Of a stretch of 64,000 bases of DNA, positions 37,380 to 46,948 are shown piece by piece (position 1 is the stretch's first letter; each line of letters starts with the position of its first letter). The stretch is taken from contig CH464491.1 of NCBI GenBank assembly GCA_000002445.1, positions 2,496,001 to 2,560,000 of the forward strand, in the 5' to 3' direction. The translations under genes were made by a program, and so were the position numbers. Below the pieces are notes generated by a model. It saw nothing but the letters and a program-made list of their open reading frames with translations. It was not told where the DNA came from and searched no databases. The DNA is from Trypanosoma brucei. Its lineage: Eukaryota.

Positions 37380-37952
37380 TCATTCCAATACCCCACAATC
37401 CACAATAGACACCTTAAGGGACGGAAACCCTGATGGGTCAATAGGAACCTGTTCAATCTCTTGAACAACATCAAGCCCATCAGCGACCTGGCCGAAACAT
37501 ATGCACGTCCCGTTCAAGTGATTGGCTTCCTTCGCAGTCAAAATGAAAAACTGCGAGCCGTGCGCGTTCGGCGAGCTGGAAGCCGTGCCGACCAGACCGG
37601 GTTTGTCGAAGACAGAGGCCCTCACCTCCTCCGGGGCGCTGAAAGTACCACCATAGATAGAAAGCTGTTCCGTCCCTCGCCCCGTTACAATATCACCTCC
37701 CTGAATTAAATACCCCTTCTCCACACGGTGGAAAGTGGAGTTTTTGTACGTGAGCTGCGGAAGGGCGCTCTCCGATATCAGTTTATCCCTGTTCCCCGAT
37801 TCATATGTGTCCGTCGAGACATTTCCACTACAGAGTTCAATAAAGTTCTTCACAGCTGATGGGCACTTCCGCGGAAAGAGTTTAAAGACGATCCTCCGCG
37901 GTGCTTTGGTCCCGATGGCGATATCCATGAAGGCTCGCTCAGAAATGCGCAT
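37380..37952 (-). CDS. Cyclophilin-type peptidyl-prolyl cis-trans isomerase
   Basis: 'RIVFKLFPRKCPSAVKNFIELC...STFHRVEKGYLIQGGDIVTGRGT...SIYGGTF...GLVGTASSSPNAHGSQFFILT' matches conserved cyclophilin blocks. Confidence 0.9.
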   Translation of the reverse strand: MRISERAFMDIAIGTKAPRRIVFKLFPRKCPSAVKNFIELCSGNVSTDTYESGNRDKLISESALPQLTYKNSTFHRVEKGYLIQGGDIVTGRGTEQLSIYGGTFSAPEEVRASVFDKPGLVGTASSSPNAHGSQFFILTAKEANHLNGTCICFGQVADGLDVVQEIEQVPIDPSGFPSLKVSIVDCGVLE

Positions 37953-38446
37953 TAGTTGGCACCTCTCGACGGCCGGAGCGGCTCAGTTCTCCTCTTGTCT
38001 TCACGTGTAACAAAGGAGAGAAACATGAGATGGAAAACCCACGCTCATAAGTGTAAGGCGCACAGGCTGGAGAAACGACAGAGTAAATTGAACAAAAAAA
38101 AGACCCGAACCCCTCTTTTTTTATTTTATTACATGTATATATGTATGTACGGTGCGTTTCAAAATAAAGTATACCAAGGAAAAACTACCTGGTGGTGGCA
38201 GTTCCCGCCGTTATCATATTCTATGGGGGAAACTTCTCTAACTTGGCATCGCTCAAGTGGAGGTTTCTTTTTCTTTGTTGTCGTTCCTTTAAAATCCTTT
38301 ACTTCTCGCGGTGCTTCTATGGGAACAAATCGGTGCATTTTCATGGCTTCACCATTATGGAAATCACTTTCATCTTTAATTTGTGCTTCTAAAGTATTGC
38401 TCCACGCGTACGCACATCTAAAAGGTGGCGATGGTGGAATAAATTT

Positions 38447-39136
38447 CTATGGTGTGTCGGTGGCTGTGGCCCGCAGCCCATCAAATGTCAGAGTACCATC
38501 TAAAATGTTATTTGCGATCTCCTCGTCCACATGATGCCAGGTCCAGCCAGGCTCCATCGACACCTCTTTCCAGTTATCCCATTCGTAGTATGTCCTGCAA
38601 ATGAAGGCATTCTTAGGTTCTATAGTTTTAAACTGTGTCGGTTTCAGTTTCGCCAATTGATCTAGGGTGTGTGCATACAACGGTGCAGCTTTCCCATCAA
38701 TGCGCCACCCCACCAAATGATTTTTATGAACCACCATCGGGGGACGAAGCGGTGAGCTGCCTGCCACACGGAACGGAAGAGAGTGAAGATGTTTCATAAC
38801 TCTCACTATTTTGCGTTTACTAACTACTGAGGCATCGCACAGCTCGTGGTCCCCGCTTTCACCCTGCCACTGTGGACTTACCACGAGCCCCAACACACTT
38901 TCGGGTCTGTGGAGAAGCCAAAGGGCTCTCTGGCCGCCTTGAGACGACTGCGAGATAAGAAGGTTAGGGACAGGGTCACAAATTCTCTGCAACGGAGTCG
39001 ATGTTTGGCCCTTTAACCATAAATTCGCCTGGCCGTGTGCTGCGCCAGAATGAGCATAGGCAAGGAGCGCCTGGTAGGCCCACGGCATCCAAACTTTGGT
39101 CATTATGATAGTACTGTTGATTTTCCTTTGTTTCAC
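38447..39136 (-). CDS. Hypothetical protein (229 aa)
   Basis: On the coding strand of the minus unit. Non-repetitive and Trp/His-rich ('WTWHHVDEE', 'VVHKNHLVGW'). No family recognised by eye. Confidence 0.45.
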   Translation of the reverse strand: MKQRKINSTIIMTKVWMPWAYQALLAYAHSGAAHGQANLWLKGQTSTPLQRICDPVPNLLISQSSQGGQRALWLLHRPESVLGLVVSPQWQGESGDHELCDASVVSKRKIVRVMKHLHSLPFRVAGSSPLRPPMVVHKNHLVGWRIDGKAAPLYAHTLDQLAKLKPTQFKTIEPKNAFICRTYYEWDNWKEVSMEPGWTWHHVDEEIANNILDGTLTFDGLRATATDTP

Positions 39137-39459
39137 CGTGATTGTGTCTATTCATCTGGAGTGGAAACGGACAAAGCAAAAACAGTGAAAACGAGCAAAC
39201 AATAAAGTGGCACGTTAAGTTGACGCAGTCGCCACACCGGTTATGGAAACCATGAACGGCGAAATCCAAAGGGGGAATGAGACGTGGTAGTTGTTAACAG
39301 GCCAGAAAAAGTTAAACACCGAGGTGTACAGCCTTCTGGTGCATGTTTGGGGGTGGTGTGGGAAGGAGAGGGGAAATCTCAAAAGCAAAAGAAACGGAAA
39401 ATTGAGAAGCACAAATTAATGTTTCACTTGGTGTAGAAAAATGTGCCGGACACCAACAC

Positions 39460-40521
39460 TTAGTGCTTCTTACCAAAAGGATTTAGAGAAGCAAAAGCAT
39501 CGTTCTGACTGCTGGTCAACGTGGTGTGAGCGGGAGCGAGGTTTGGGAACTGATTACTTGATGCCGCTGGGTGGAAGCCCTCATTACTCTCCATATGCGC
39601 CGGCATCGCCCCGCGGGGCCCGTACGATTGGAAAGGTCCAGCGCCAGGAATCGAAGCAAATGGGGCATCCGGCATACCACCGCAGTTCGGGGTGGCAAAA
39701 TTGGGGGGAAAGGACATGTACTGTGGATGCACTTGCGGTACTTGGGGAATTCCAGCACCTCCAACTCCACCCAACGCCATTCCTGGAGGGAATTGTCCAC
39801 CGGCAGTGCCCGACATGCCGGGAAATGGTACGTTGGCCTGCGGGGTAGGTTGAGGAACGGAAGCAAACAGATCAGCGGCAGTGAGTGGAACCGATTGTAT
39901 GGCCCCACTGGTTGCGCCAGTTTGTGCAGGGGGCGGGGCAGTAGTAAAATCCGAAAACATGTCATCCTCCGTGGCCGATGCGTTAGTATTCTGCTGTCGG
40001 GGCGGTGGGGCAGTGATTACATCAAAAATGTCGACGGGTGGCCCAACTGGTGACGGTTGTGGGGCTGTCGCTGACCCCTTCGCGGTAACTGACACCGTTG
40101 AGGGCGCCGAAGACGCAGTGGCCCCCCCACCGCCCCGCAAATTAAGCAAGTCGACTTGTAGCTTATCATATTCGGCGGAGCTAGCGAACTCCTTAGCTAC
40201 ATAAACGCGAGAGAAAAATTGTTGCAGCGCAAAATCATTCCCAACCGGGGGTCTCTCCCCCTTAAAACCATGTAACCACACACTTTCAGCCCTGTCATTT
40301 CCACATACCTTCAGCCGCGCCACCTCCTCGTCTGTGAACTCCGTCATGGTGATACCTTTTACTTTATGTTGCTTGTTTCGGTGCAATGATGCACACGCTG
40401 AACAAACAAAGGTTCCAAAGTCCAGGACTACGTACACAGGCCCCCTCATCCTACAGTTCATGCAGAAGCGGTTCCCATCTTTCTGGGAAAGTTTACGCAC
40501 CTCATCCCTATTACGACTCAT
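39460..40521 (-). CDS. ADP-ribosylation factor GTPase-activating protein (ArfGAP domain) with a Pro/Gly/Ala-rich C-terminus
   Basis: ArfGAP C4 zinc finger 'CMNCRMRGPVYVVLDFGTFVCSACASLHRNKQHKVKGITMTEFTDEEVARLKVCGN'. The low-complexity tail is rich in P, G, A and Q. Confidence 0.85.
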   Translation of the reverse strand: MSRNRDEVRKLSQKDGNRFCMNCRMRGPVYVVLDFGTFVCSACASLHRNKQHKVKGITMTEFTDEEVARLKVCGNDRAESVWLHGFKGERPPVGNDFALQQFFSRVYVAKEFASSAEYDKLQVDLLNLRGGGGATASSAPSTVSVTAKGSATAPQPSPVGPPVDIFDVITAPPPRQQNTNASATEDDMFSDFTTAPPPAQTGATSGAIQSVPLTAADLFASVPQPTPQANVPFPGMSGTAGGQFPPGMALGGVGGAGIPQVPQVHPQYMSFPPNFATPNCGGMPDAPFASIPGAGPFQSYGPRGAMPAHMESNEGFHPAASSNQFPNLAPAHTTLTSSQNDAFASLNPFGKKH

Positions 40522-40635
40522 TCTCGTCTGCTTACTGATTTGTTGTATAGTTTGAATAAGTTATGCTAAATGTTTTCTAAGATGGACAAATGAGTGATGA
40601 AGAACAATAAATAGCCCCCCTGCGCATGCACCCAT

Positions 40636-40656
40636 ATATATATATATATATATATA
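40636..40656. repeat. (TA)n microsatellite (~10 copies)
   Basis: Direct reading: 'atatatatatatatatatata'. Confidence 0.85.
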
Positions 40657-40802
40657 CAGACAGTTGCTGGAAGCTAACGAGCAGCAAGAAGTATGCACTG
40701 CGGATTTTGTGTAAAATAGTTCAGAGCGAAACCTCACGCTCATTCTCCCTTCATATTACCCGCCATCACTCGTTACATCATTCAACCGCCAAGTAAGTAT
40801 CT

Positions 40803-41729
40803 TCATACCGCAGCAGCATCCTCCTGAACAAATGGTTGTGCGACGACTTCCCATTGCTCAGCTGCCAGCACACACCAATTCGGGCTGGGTGTTTTCTTGA
40901 GCCACTGAAAGTCATCTACTGTTTTGTACATTTCCCCAGCGCGCTGAAGGTCCTCAATTTCACCCAAGCACTTCAACCACTCCTCATGGCTATTGTATCT
41001 ATGTTCTCCTATAGACGAATGAAGGATGCCCGTCCAGCAGCCGTAGGGGCCGAAACGCATCCCAGTGCAGCACTCGATGATGGGTGTTGAGGCGCAAGAA
41101 ACGTACATGTCTGAGCCTGTGCAGTTTTTCAACCTGAGCTGGTGGCAAGCAACATAAACCTTGCATTGACTGCAGTCAGAGATAAAAACAGAGCCCGCAA
41201 CGGGGGGAATAAGGATCAAACAGTTTTCACATCCTCTCAAAAACACGGCCTTTGATGGAGTAATGCATAGCGTTCTGTCACGTGCGTTACCCAGAACACC
41301 TGCAGGAAGTTCCGGTTCTTCATTGCACTGAATGGTCGGTTGCTCCGTTGTGGCCGCCCCTGCCGCTGCAGGCGTGGGGCGAGGTTTTGACGCAGAGGAA
41401 AACTTGAAGGATCGGGGCCCCTGGGTGCTCTTAGCGCTGCTATCAATAAGCGCCTGAAGGCGTGACAGTGTCGTGTTGGACTTCGCCATGTCGTATGCCG
41501 TCAGGATGCTACTGCTTGAAACCTCCTGGACAACGGCTTTAAACACGTTCAGCCTCTCTTGTGCGACACCGGTATTCCCACTACTAACATATTGAGTGAT
41601 TTCCTGCTCAAAAAGCTTCGCCTGCTCCTCAAAGTGGAGTCTCTCAGCGGAGCTACTGGAGGGTTCCGCAGCCCTTTGCTGACGTACCTCCTCGCGCTCC
41701 GCACGCGTTCTAAGAAACCTTTCTTCCAT
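40803..41729 (-). CDS. Tubulin-folding cofactor C / RP2-like protein (C-CAP/cofactor-C domain)
   Basis: The beta-helix C-CAP segment 'NCLILIPPVAGSVFISDCSQCKVYVACHQLRLKNCTGSDMYVSCASTPIIECCTGMRFGPY' has TBCC-domain periodicity. The N-terminus is coiled-coil. Confidence 0.7.
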   Translation of the reverse strand: MEERFLRTRAEREEVRQQRAAEPSSSSAERLHFEEQAKLFEQEITQYVSSGNTGVAQERLNVFKAVVQEVSSSSILTAYDMAKSNTTLSRLQALIDSSAKSTQGPRSFKFSSASKPRPTPAAAGAATTEQPTIQCNEEPELPAGVLGNARDRTLCITPSKAVFLRGCENCLILIPPVAGSVFISDCSQCKVYVACHQLRLKNCTGSDMYVSCASTPIIECCTGMRFGPYGCWTGILHSSIGEHRYNSHEEWLKCLGEIEDLQRAGEMYKTVDDFQWLKKTPSPNWCVLAAEQWEVVAQPFVQEDAAAV

Positions 41730-41948
41730 AACTCCTATTCAAGTAGTATTTGTCGTGGCGAGGGCAGCAGCAGTTCACCGGAGGTACGAACAAGGAAGAG
41801 AAATTTCAAAAAAGAATTAAGAATACAGCTGGTCCTACGTTCACACGGCCCAAAAACAGTTTTAAGAACCGTTGCAAAGTTTCACACAATTCAAGACTGC
41901 GCACGCGGTCGGGGAGCGCATCACCCTGAAGAAAAACTACCACAGCCG

Positions 41949-42980
41949 CTACGCACAACCCCGGAGGTATTTCAAGAAAATACCCCTCAGCACATTTTCG
42001 TTCAGCTGCTTCCCAAGAACAAGCACTCGTGAGCAACCTAAGGGAACACTCTGACCTTCCATAGGAGTTACGTCAAAGAGGTCACCAATCGTCTGAAGCT
42101 GCAACAAGGAGTAATGGTCACCTTTCCTCATCCAGAGCGCTGCCTTGCATCGAACAACTTCAAAGGGCGGATCGTGCTCCATGTAAAGCATATCCCTGCA
42201 AATCATGTCAACATCACTGCGATCGCTCACGGCGAGAAAATTGGGCTGTTCGAAGAACTCCAACGACATTGCAGTGATACTTGAGGGCCCACTCGAGTGA
42301 AGATGATCTAACTCCATAGCCTGGCGCGTGGTGTTGAGCATAATAACCTCCCGAAGGTTGTTCAACACAGAAAAAGTTGCTGGTAGCACCTGCACGATAG
42401 GATTTATTTGCCTCACCGACACCACTGCCTCGTTCTTCTCCTCCTCAGTTGCTAAATCGCATTTGTTTAGCACAATGCGGTCCGCCATCAGGATCTGCCT
42501 TGTGGCCTCTCCAGCCACGTCAGGGTCCCTCAGATATTTGCAGATGTTCTTCGCATCGACGAGGGTTACGATGCCAGAGAGGTACAAGGAACCACACAGG
42601 GCCTCGTCCTGCCAGAACATTGAAGCAACAGGAGCGGGATCCGCCAAGCCGGACGTCTCCACAAGAACCAAATCGAATGTCCCCTTCCGTTGCATCAGCT
42701 TTTCCAGCGCTTGAACAGTTTGAGTCTGCGCAGTGCAGCACATGCAACCGTTGTCTAGCTCCAACCATTCGTCGTCCGGTTTCTGCGAGCTCTTTAACGT
42801 CAATCCCTTCTCAATTGTTTTGCCGAATTCAAACTCATTAACGATAACAGCAATGCGAAGGTTGTGCTCGGCGGACAACACATAATGTAGTAGCGTCGTC
42901 TTTCCGCTGCCAAGAAACCCTGTCAAAATCGTTACGGGAACCTTTGCACTCACAAGCTCCGGGCATTCATCATCGCTCAT
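41949..42980 (-). CDS. CobW/HypB/UreG-family GTPase (COBW-domain, zinc-chaperone-like)
   Basis: P-loop 'VTILTGFLGSGKTTLLHYVL', 'IAVIVNEFEFG', a Cys motif 'GCMCC' and 'LVLVETSGLADPAPV'. These fit the CobW/CBWD family. Confidence 0.85.
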   Translation of the reverse strand: MSDDECPELVSAKVPVTILTGFLGSGKTTLLHYVLSAEHNLRIAVIVNEFEFGKTIEKGLTLKSSQKPDDEWLELDNGCMCCTAQTQTVQALEKLMQRKGTFDLVLVETSGLADPAPVASMFWQDEALCGSLYLSGIVTLVDAKNICKYLRDPDVAGEATRQILMADRIVLNKCDLATEEEKNEAVVSVRQINPIVQVLPATFSVLNNLREVIMLNTTRQAMELDHLHSSGPSSITAMSLEFFEQPNFLAVSDRSDVDMICRDMLYMEHDPPFEVVRCKAALWMRKGDHYSLLQLQTIGDLFDVTPMEGQSVPLGCSRVLVLGKQLNENVLRGIFLKYLRGCA

Positions 42981-43655
42981 TCGGGTCGCTTGTCCTGCTG
43001 ATTGCCTTACTTGACGTCAAGAACGGAATCAAAACAACCCAGTCTCCCATGGGACAGAAACTTCAAGCACAATTAAGGCAATAAGCATCCACCGAACCTA
43101 CAGAAAACAATAAGTTTAGAAACACATCACAATTATTATCGCTTTTCACAGGAGTTTTTTTTTTTCATATACACAGCCGTGTGCCTTTGTCCACCAATCT
43201 GAACAAGCGGCCACCACACCACACCACACACATACATACACATGAGAGGCAATAGGATCATCATCCAGAATATGCCGGTTAGAGTTGCAGCACACACGGG
43301 CAAACTGCTGAACAACACCTTCCCTGCGCCATTACCGCAGTCACCTCGAGCCGATGACGGGAGTTCACATCCCCACGAAGAAAAACCTCACACTCCTCAC
43401 TGTCATGCATTCCCCCTTTCACGACGGAGAGATACATACAAGAAACGGATTCTAAAAAGCTCGCAACCCGACTGCGCGAGGGGCACTTCCGTAAAAAGAA
43501 AAAAGATACAAAATAGATAGCACAATCCCACGTGGCAATACCGCAGCCAAAAGTCCTCCTGATGGGATTAAAAGTTATCATGTGTCTCTGTTCAAAGGGA
43601 GTTTGGGACGGCCAACACCTTCCCCCATTCCCCGCGAGCGCCAACCCCAAAGAAA

Positions 43656-44069
43656 CTACGATGCCATGTCTTTGTTGTCCTCTTCATCCACACGACTCTC
43701 CAGGCGTTTAACGAGTGCCGCGAAGGCGCCCTCCATATCGAAGCTGTCTATCTCTGGTCTTTTGCGGGCTGTCTTGGGAGTCAGTGTTCCACATGTTAAA
43801 AGATGACTCTCCGTAGTGGAAAAGTAACTCTTCTGTGGAGATCCGCCACTTGAAATAGTCAACATAAGCTCCGTATGGTCCTGTTGAGGTGGCACCGGCA
43901 GCGTCGCAACACGCTCCTTTGGGGGAACGGTGTGTGGCGTTACCCGCGGCATACCAAGGGAAATAAGGTGATTGATGTGGTCCCGGGTCTCAAAATATTC
44001 GAGAGGGATACCAGCCGCGGCTGCACATCCTTGACTAAGTGGCATTGTGGATTTATTTGCGGAGACCAT
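43656..44069 (-). CDS. Hypothetical protein (137 aa)
   Basis: On the coding strand of the unit, with unremarkable composition. A purine-rich (minus-strand pyrimidine) tract lies upstream at 44240-44300. Confidence 0.4.
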   Translation of the reverse strand: MVSANKSTMPLSQGCAAAAGIPLEYFETRDHINHLISLGMPRVTPHTVPPKERVATLPVPPQQDHTELMLTISSGGSPQKSYFSTTESHLLTCGTLTPKTARKRPEIDSFDMEGAFAALVKRLESRVDEEDNKDMAS

Positions 44070-44179
44070 CTGCCAACTAAATTCTTGCTCCTCGATGTTT
44101 TTAACCGCCTTGTGAGATGCAAAAGGTCACCAAGCAAGGAGTCAATTTACACATATATAAAGAAACACATTCGCGCGCA

Positions 44180-44180
<1 letters not shown>

Positions 44181-44223
<43 letters not shown>
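44181..44223. repeat. (GT)n microsatellite, 18 perfect copies plus flanking 'gtgtttgt'
   Basis: Direct reading: 'gtgtttgtgtgtgtgtgtgtgtgtgtgtgtgtgtgtgtgtgtg'. Confidence 0.9.
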
Positions 44224-44224
<1 letters not shown>

Positions 44225-44974
44225 CGTCGTAAGGTGAGAAAAGAGGGAGCAATGAAAAGGCGGTGGGACGCAAGGCGGGAATAACAAAGAGAGCTGCGGC
44301 GTCGAGTAATCGCAGAGCAAAGACAGGAAGTAGCCCATGCAACAACTGATGTGCAATGAGGGGAACGAATCATAGGGGTCCTTGACGATTTCTAACGTTT
44401 TCCGTTTTTCTTCTCATCTTATAAAACCACTTTACAAACTTTACTTGGTTATCTTTCTCGAAGAAAGGGGCGTCGGTTAGACTCCAAGTGATGCTTTCAC
44501 CTTGGGTCAGCCGCAAGCACATCAGCACGTGCACCCATATGTACATATGTATGTATATCTATATATATGTATACCCCTCTCTTTCCTACCATCTAACTAG
44601 CGCTCTCTTCTTTTCGGAGGGGTCGCCCGTAAATCAGTGCATGCACTCTGACAAGAGGTACGAGATTGTTCCTTTTTTTTTTTCCACCCCACTCCTTCTC
44701 CCCGAGTTCAGAAATTAGGTTCGCTTATGGTCGTATTAAATTTTCTCAGTTGCCAGCATTCACTTGCAGAACATGTTTTGTTTTCCAATTTGCTTAACTT
44801 GCACAGAAATGGTTCCACACACTTTTTCACAGCAACCCTCACACAACCACACACACACACTCACTCACTCATTCATAGACCGTGCAAACGCATACAAGCA
44901 GACAAAACGCAAAAAGGCAAATATATATACACTACAATGCTATTTTCAAAACTAGTCCCTCCAGACAACAATCA

Positions 44975-46531
44975 CTACTGAAAGACACTATGGGTGGGAA
45001 AGTCCACTGTCCTGTTGCCCTCCGTGTGGCTCGGCGCGTCAAGTAAAATCTGCGGGAGGAAGTCACAAAGATCTTGGTCTTGCCCGTAAAGTTGCGAGAT
45101 GGAGGAAGAAGTGCCACACACACGGACCGGATTGGGGCCATCTGCCGTTTGGAGCGTGCGCCGCTGCTCCTGGCAGAAGGACACTGCGGGATAAACGTCC
45201 GAATCGCCACATAACAAAACCACCTGATCAAATTGGCGACGCAGGAATGTTTCAATGACACATGTCGCTATGGCAACATCAACACCGGTTTGGACCCACA
45301 CATAACCCGGACCGTCGCCAGTGTAACCCTTTTGACGTTTCATTCGACCAACAAGGCGGGCCACCACATTGCTCAGTTTCCTACCACCATTCATTTCATC
45401 CAGCAATACTCTCTTGCGAAGACTGTTTCCGCGGAACGCCTTCTCCCTATGAATTAATGACATGGAATTTTCCACATAATCCGCAAACGCGGAGGGGTCG
45501 GTATCAAACCAGAATGCCACGCTAGTCTTTTGAAAAATCTCCCCAATAAAATCAAGGACATATCGCAACGCCTCCACACAGCGCTTGTATTGCTCTTCAT
45601 CACGGAATTCATGTCCCTTTAGAAGCCGCTCAAAGTAGCCACCGTCGACTATGACAGCCACTTTTCCATCACGTTTCGCTCCACTTGCCACAAATGGAGG
45701 TATTATTTCTCTTCTTCCAGACACCACCGTGGCAGCATGAGGCGTTGCGTCTACGCCGTCCTCCTCTCGATCAGGTGACCAGTCGTTGACTACGTTTTCA
45801 TCACCACTCGCTGCACTAGTCGGAAAATTTCGTTTCCAATCCACCGTAGGTATGCTACCACCGCTGGCAACGCTGGGAAACTTTGAGCAAGCGACCACAA
45901 CATTCCCTTTTACGTTGCTACGATTACCAGACGCTTGCGGGCACTGGGCCGCGACATGCCCCTTGGCGTTACAGCGGTTGCAAGATATTTGGGGGCATTG
46001 TGCCGACATGTGCCCCTCTCCGTTACACGTGAAGCACAAAGCAGATAAAGAACACCCCGCCATGTCATGGCCGGGTTTTTTACACCGATAGCAGACCCGA
46101 CCCTTCTCTCTTAGCGGGCAATCGGTTGACCTGTGACCCGTTGAGGAGCAATGATAGCACAGAGGCCTGCTAAGGCAACGTTGCGAGCTGTGTCCGTAAT
46201 TACCACAGTTGTAGCACCGCGTCTGCGGGCACATCGGCAACAGATGGCCCTTTTGATGACATTGAAAACACTCCATAGACTTCATCCGCAGTGGGCAACT
46301 AGCTTCAGCGTGCCTGGACGAGCCGCAGCTCCTGCAAACTGATGGGAGTGCTTCCTCCTCTTCTTCGGTGCGTGGACGCTTCCTTGCGCTTAGGCAAGCC
46401 ACTTTGTCATGCCCCACATTACCACAGATCGAGCACCTGACCAAGGAGTTGGCCTGATGAATCTGTTCCCTTCCAGTGCGTCCGCCGCATGCCGATGTGG
46501 GTCCGCCCTCAATGGCTTCAGACATCTTCAA
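44975..46531 (-). CDS. Multi-CCHC zinc-knuckle protein (8 knuckles) fused to a C-terminal NYN/LabA-like domain (predicted RNA-binding/RNase)
   Basis: Eight C-x2-C-x4-H-x4-C knuckles, for example 'CYNCGNYGHSSQRC', 'CYRCKKPGHDMAGC' and 'CNRCNAKGHVAAQC'. The C-terminal part reads 'KVAVIVDGGYFERLL...VVLLCGDSDVYPAV', typical of NYN/limkain-b1-type domains. Confidence 0.8.
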   Translation of the reverse strand: MKMSEAIEGGPTSACGGRTGREQIHQANSLVRCSICGNVGHDKVACLSARKRPRTEEEEEALPSVCRSCGSSRHAEASCPLRMKSMECFQCHQKGHLLPMCPQTRCYNCGNYGHSSQRCLSRPLCYHCSSTGHRSTDCPLREKGRVCYRCKKPGHDMAGCSLSALCFTCNGEGHMSAQCPQISCNRCNAKGHVAAQCPQASGNRSNVKGNVVVACSKFPSVASGGSIPTVDWKRNFPTSAASGDENVVNDWSPDREEDGVDATPHAATVVSGRREIIPPFVASGAKRDGKVAVIVDGGYFERLLKGHEFRDEEQYKRCVEALRYVLDFIGEIFQKTSVAFWFDTDPSAFADYVENSMSLIHREKAFRGNSLRKRVLLDEMNGGRKLSNVVARLVGRMKRQKGYTGDGPGYVWVQTGVDVAIATCVIETFLRRQFDQVVLLCGDSDVYPAVSFCQEQRRTLQTADGPNPVRVCGTSSSISQLYGQDQDLCDFLPQILLDAPSHTEGNRTVDFPTHSVFQ

Positions 46532-46818
46532 TTAACAAAATGTTTCCCGCTCAACTACCACAATCCTGCGTATGAAAACAAAAAACTTTGAAGTGATAAT
46601 AGCAATAATGTCAGTATTAGAAGCGGCACCAGGTTCCGATTTCACGGAGAAACAAACTGAAAGAAAGTAGGAATAGGAGAATGTACAAACAAACTGTAAT
46701 AGATGAAACTTGAACGACTTCGTTGGGCGCCTAAACTTTACTACTATGACAGACATGTGGACGAAACGGACAGATATTTGCACAAGCACGTAGAAGTGCA
46801 GAAAATCAGTAGGCGCAA

Positions 46819-46837
46819 ATATATATATATATATATA
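46819..46837. repeat. (AT)n microsatellite
   Basis: Direct reading: 'atatatatatatatatata'. Confidence 0.85.
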
Positions 46838-46948
46838 CCAACGGTCGTTAGTTATCGAAAAAAAAAAAAGGTACAAGAGCTAGAATAATATTATGATAAA
46901 AGAGACAGCACGCGGGAAAAGAACTCTTAGCATTTGTTTTGATGGGGG

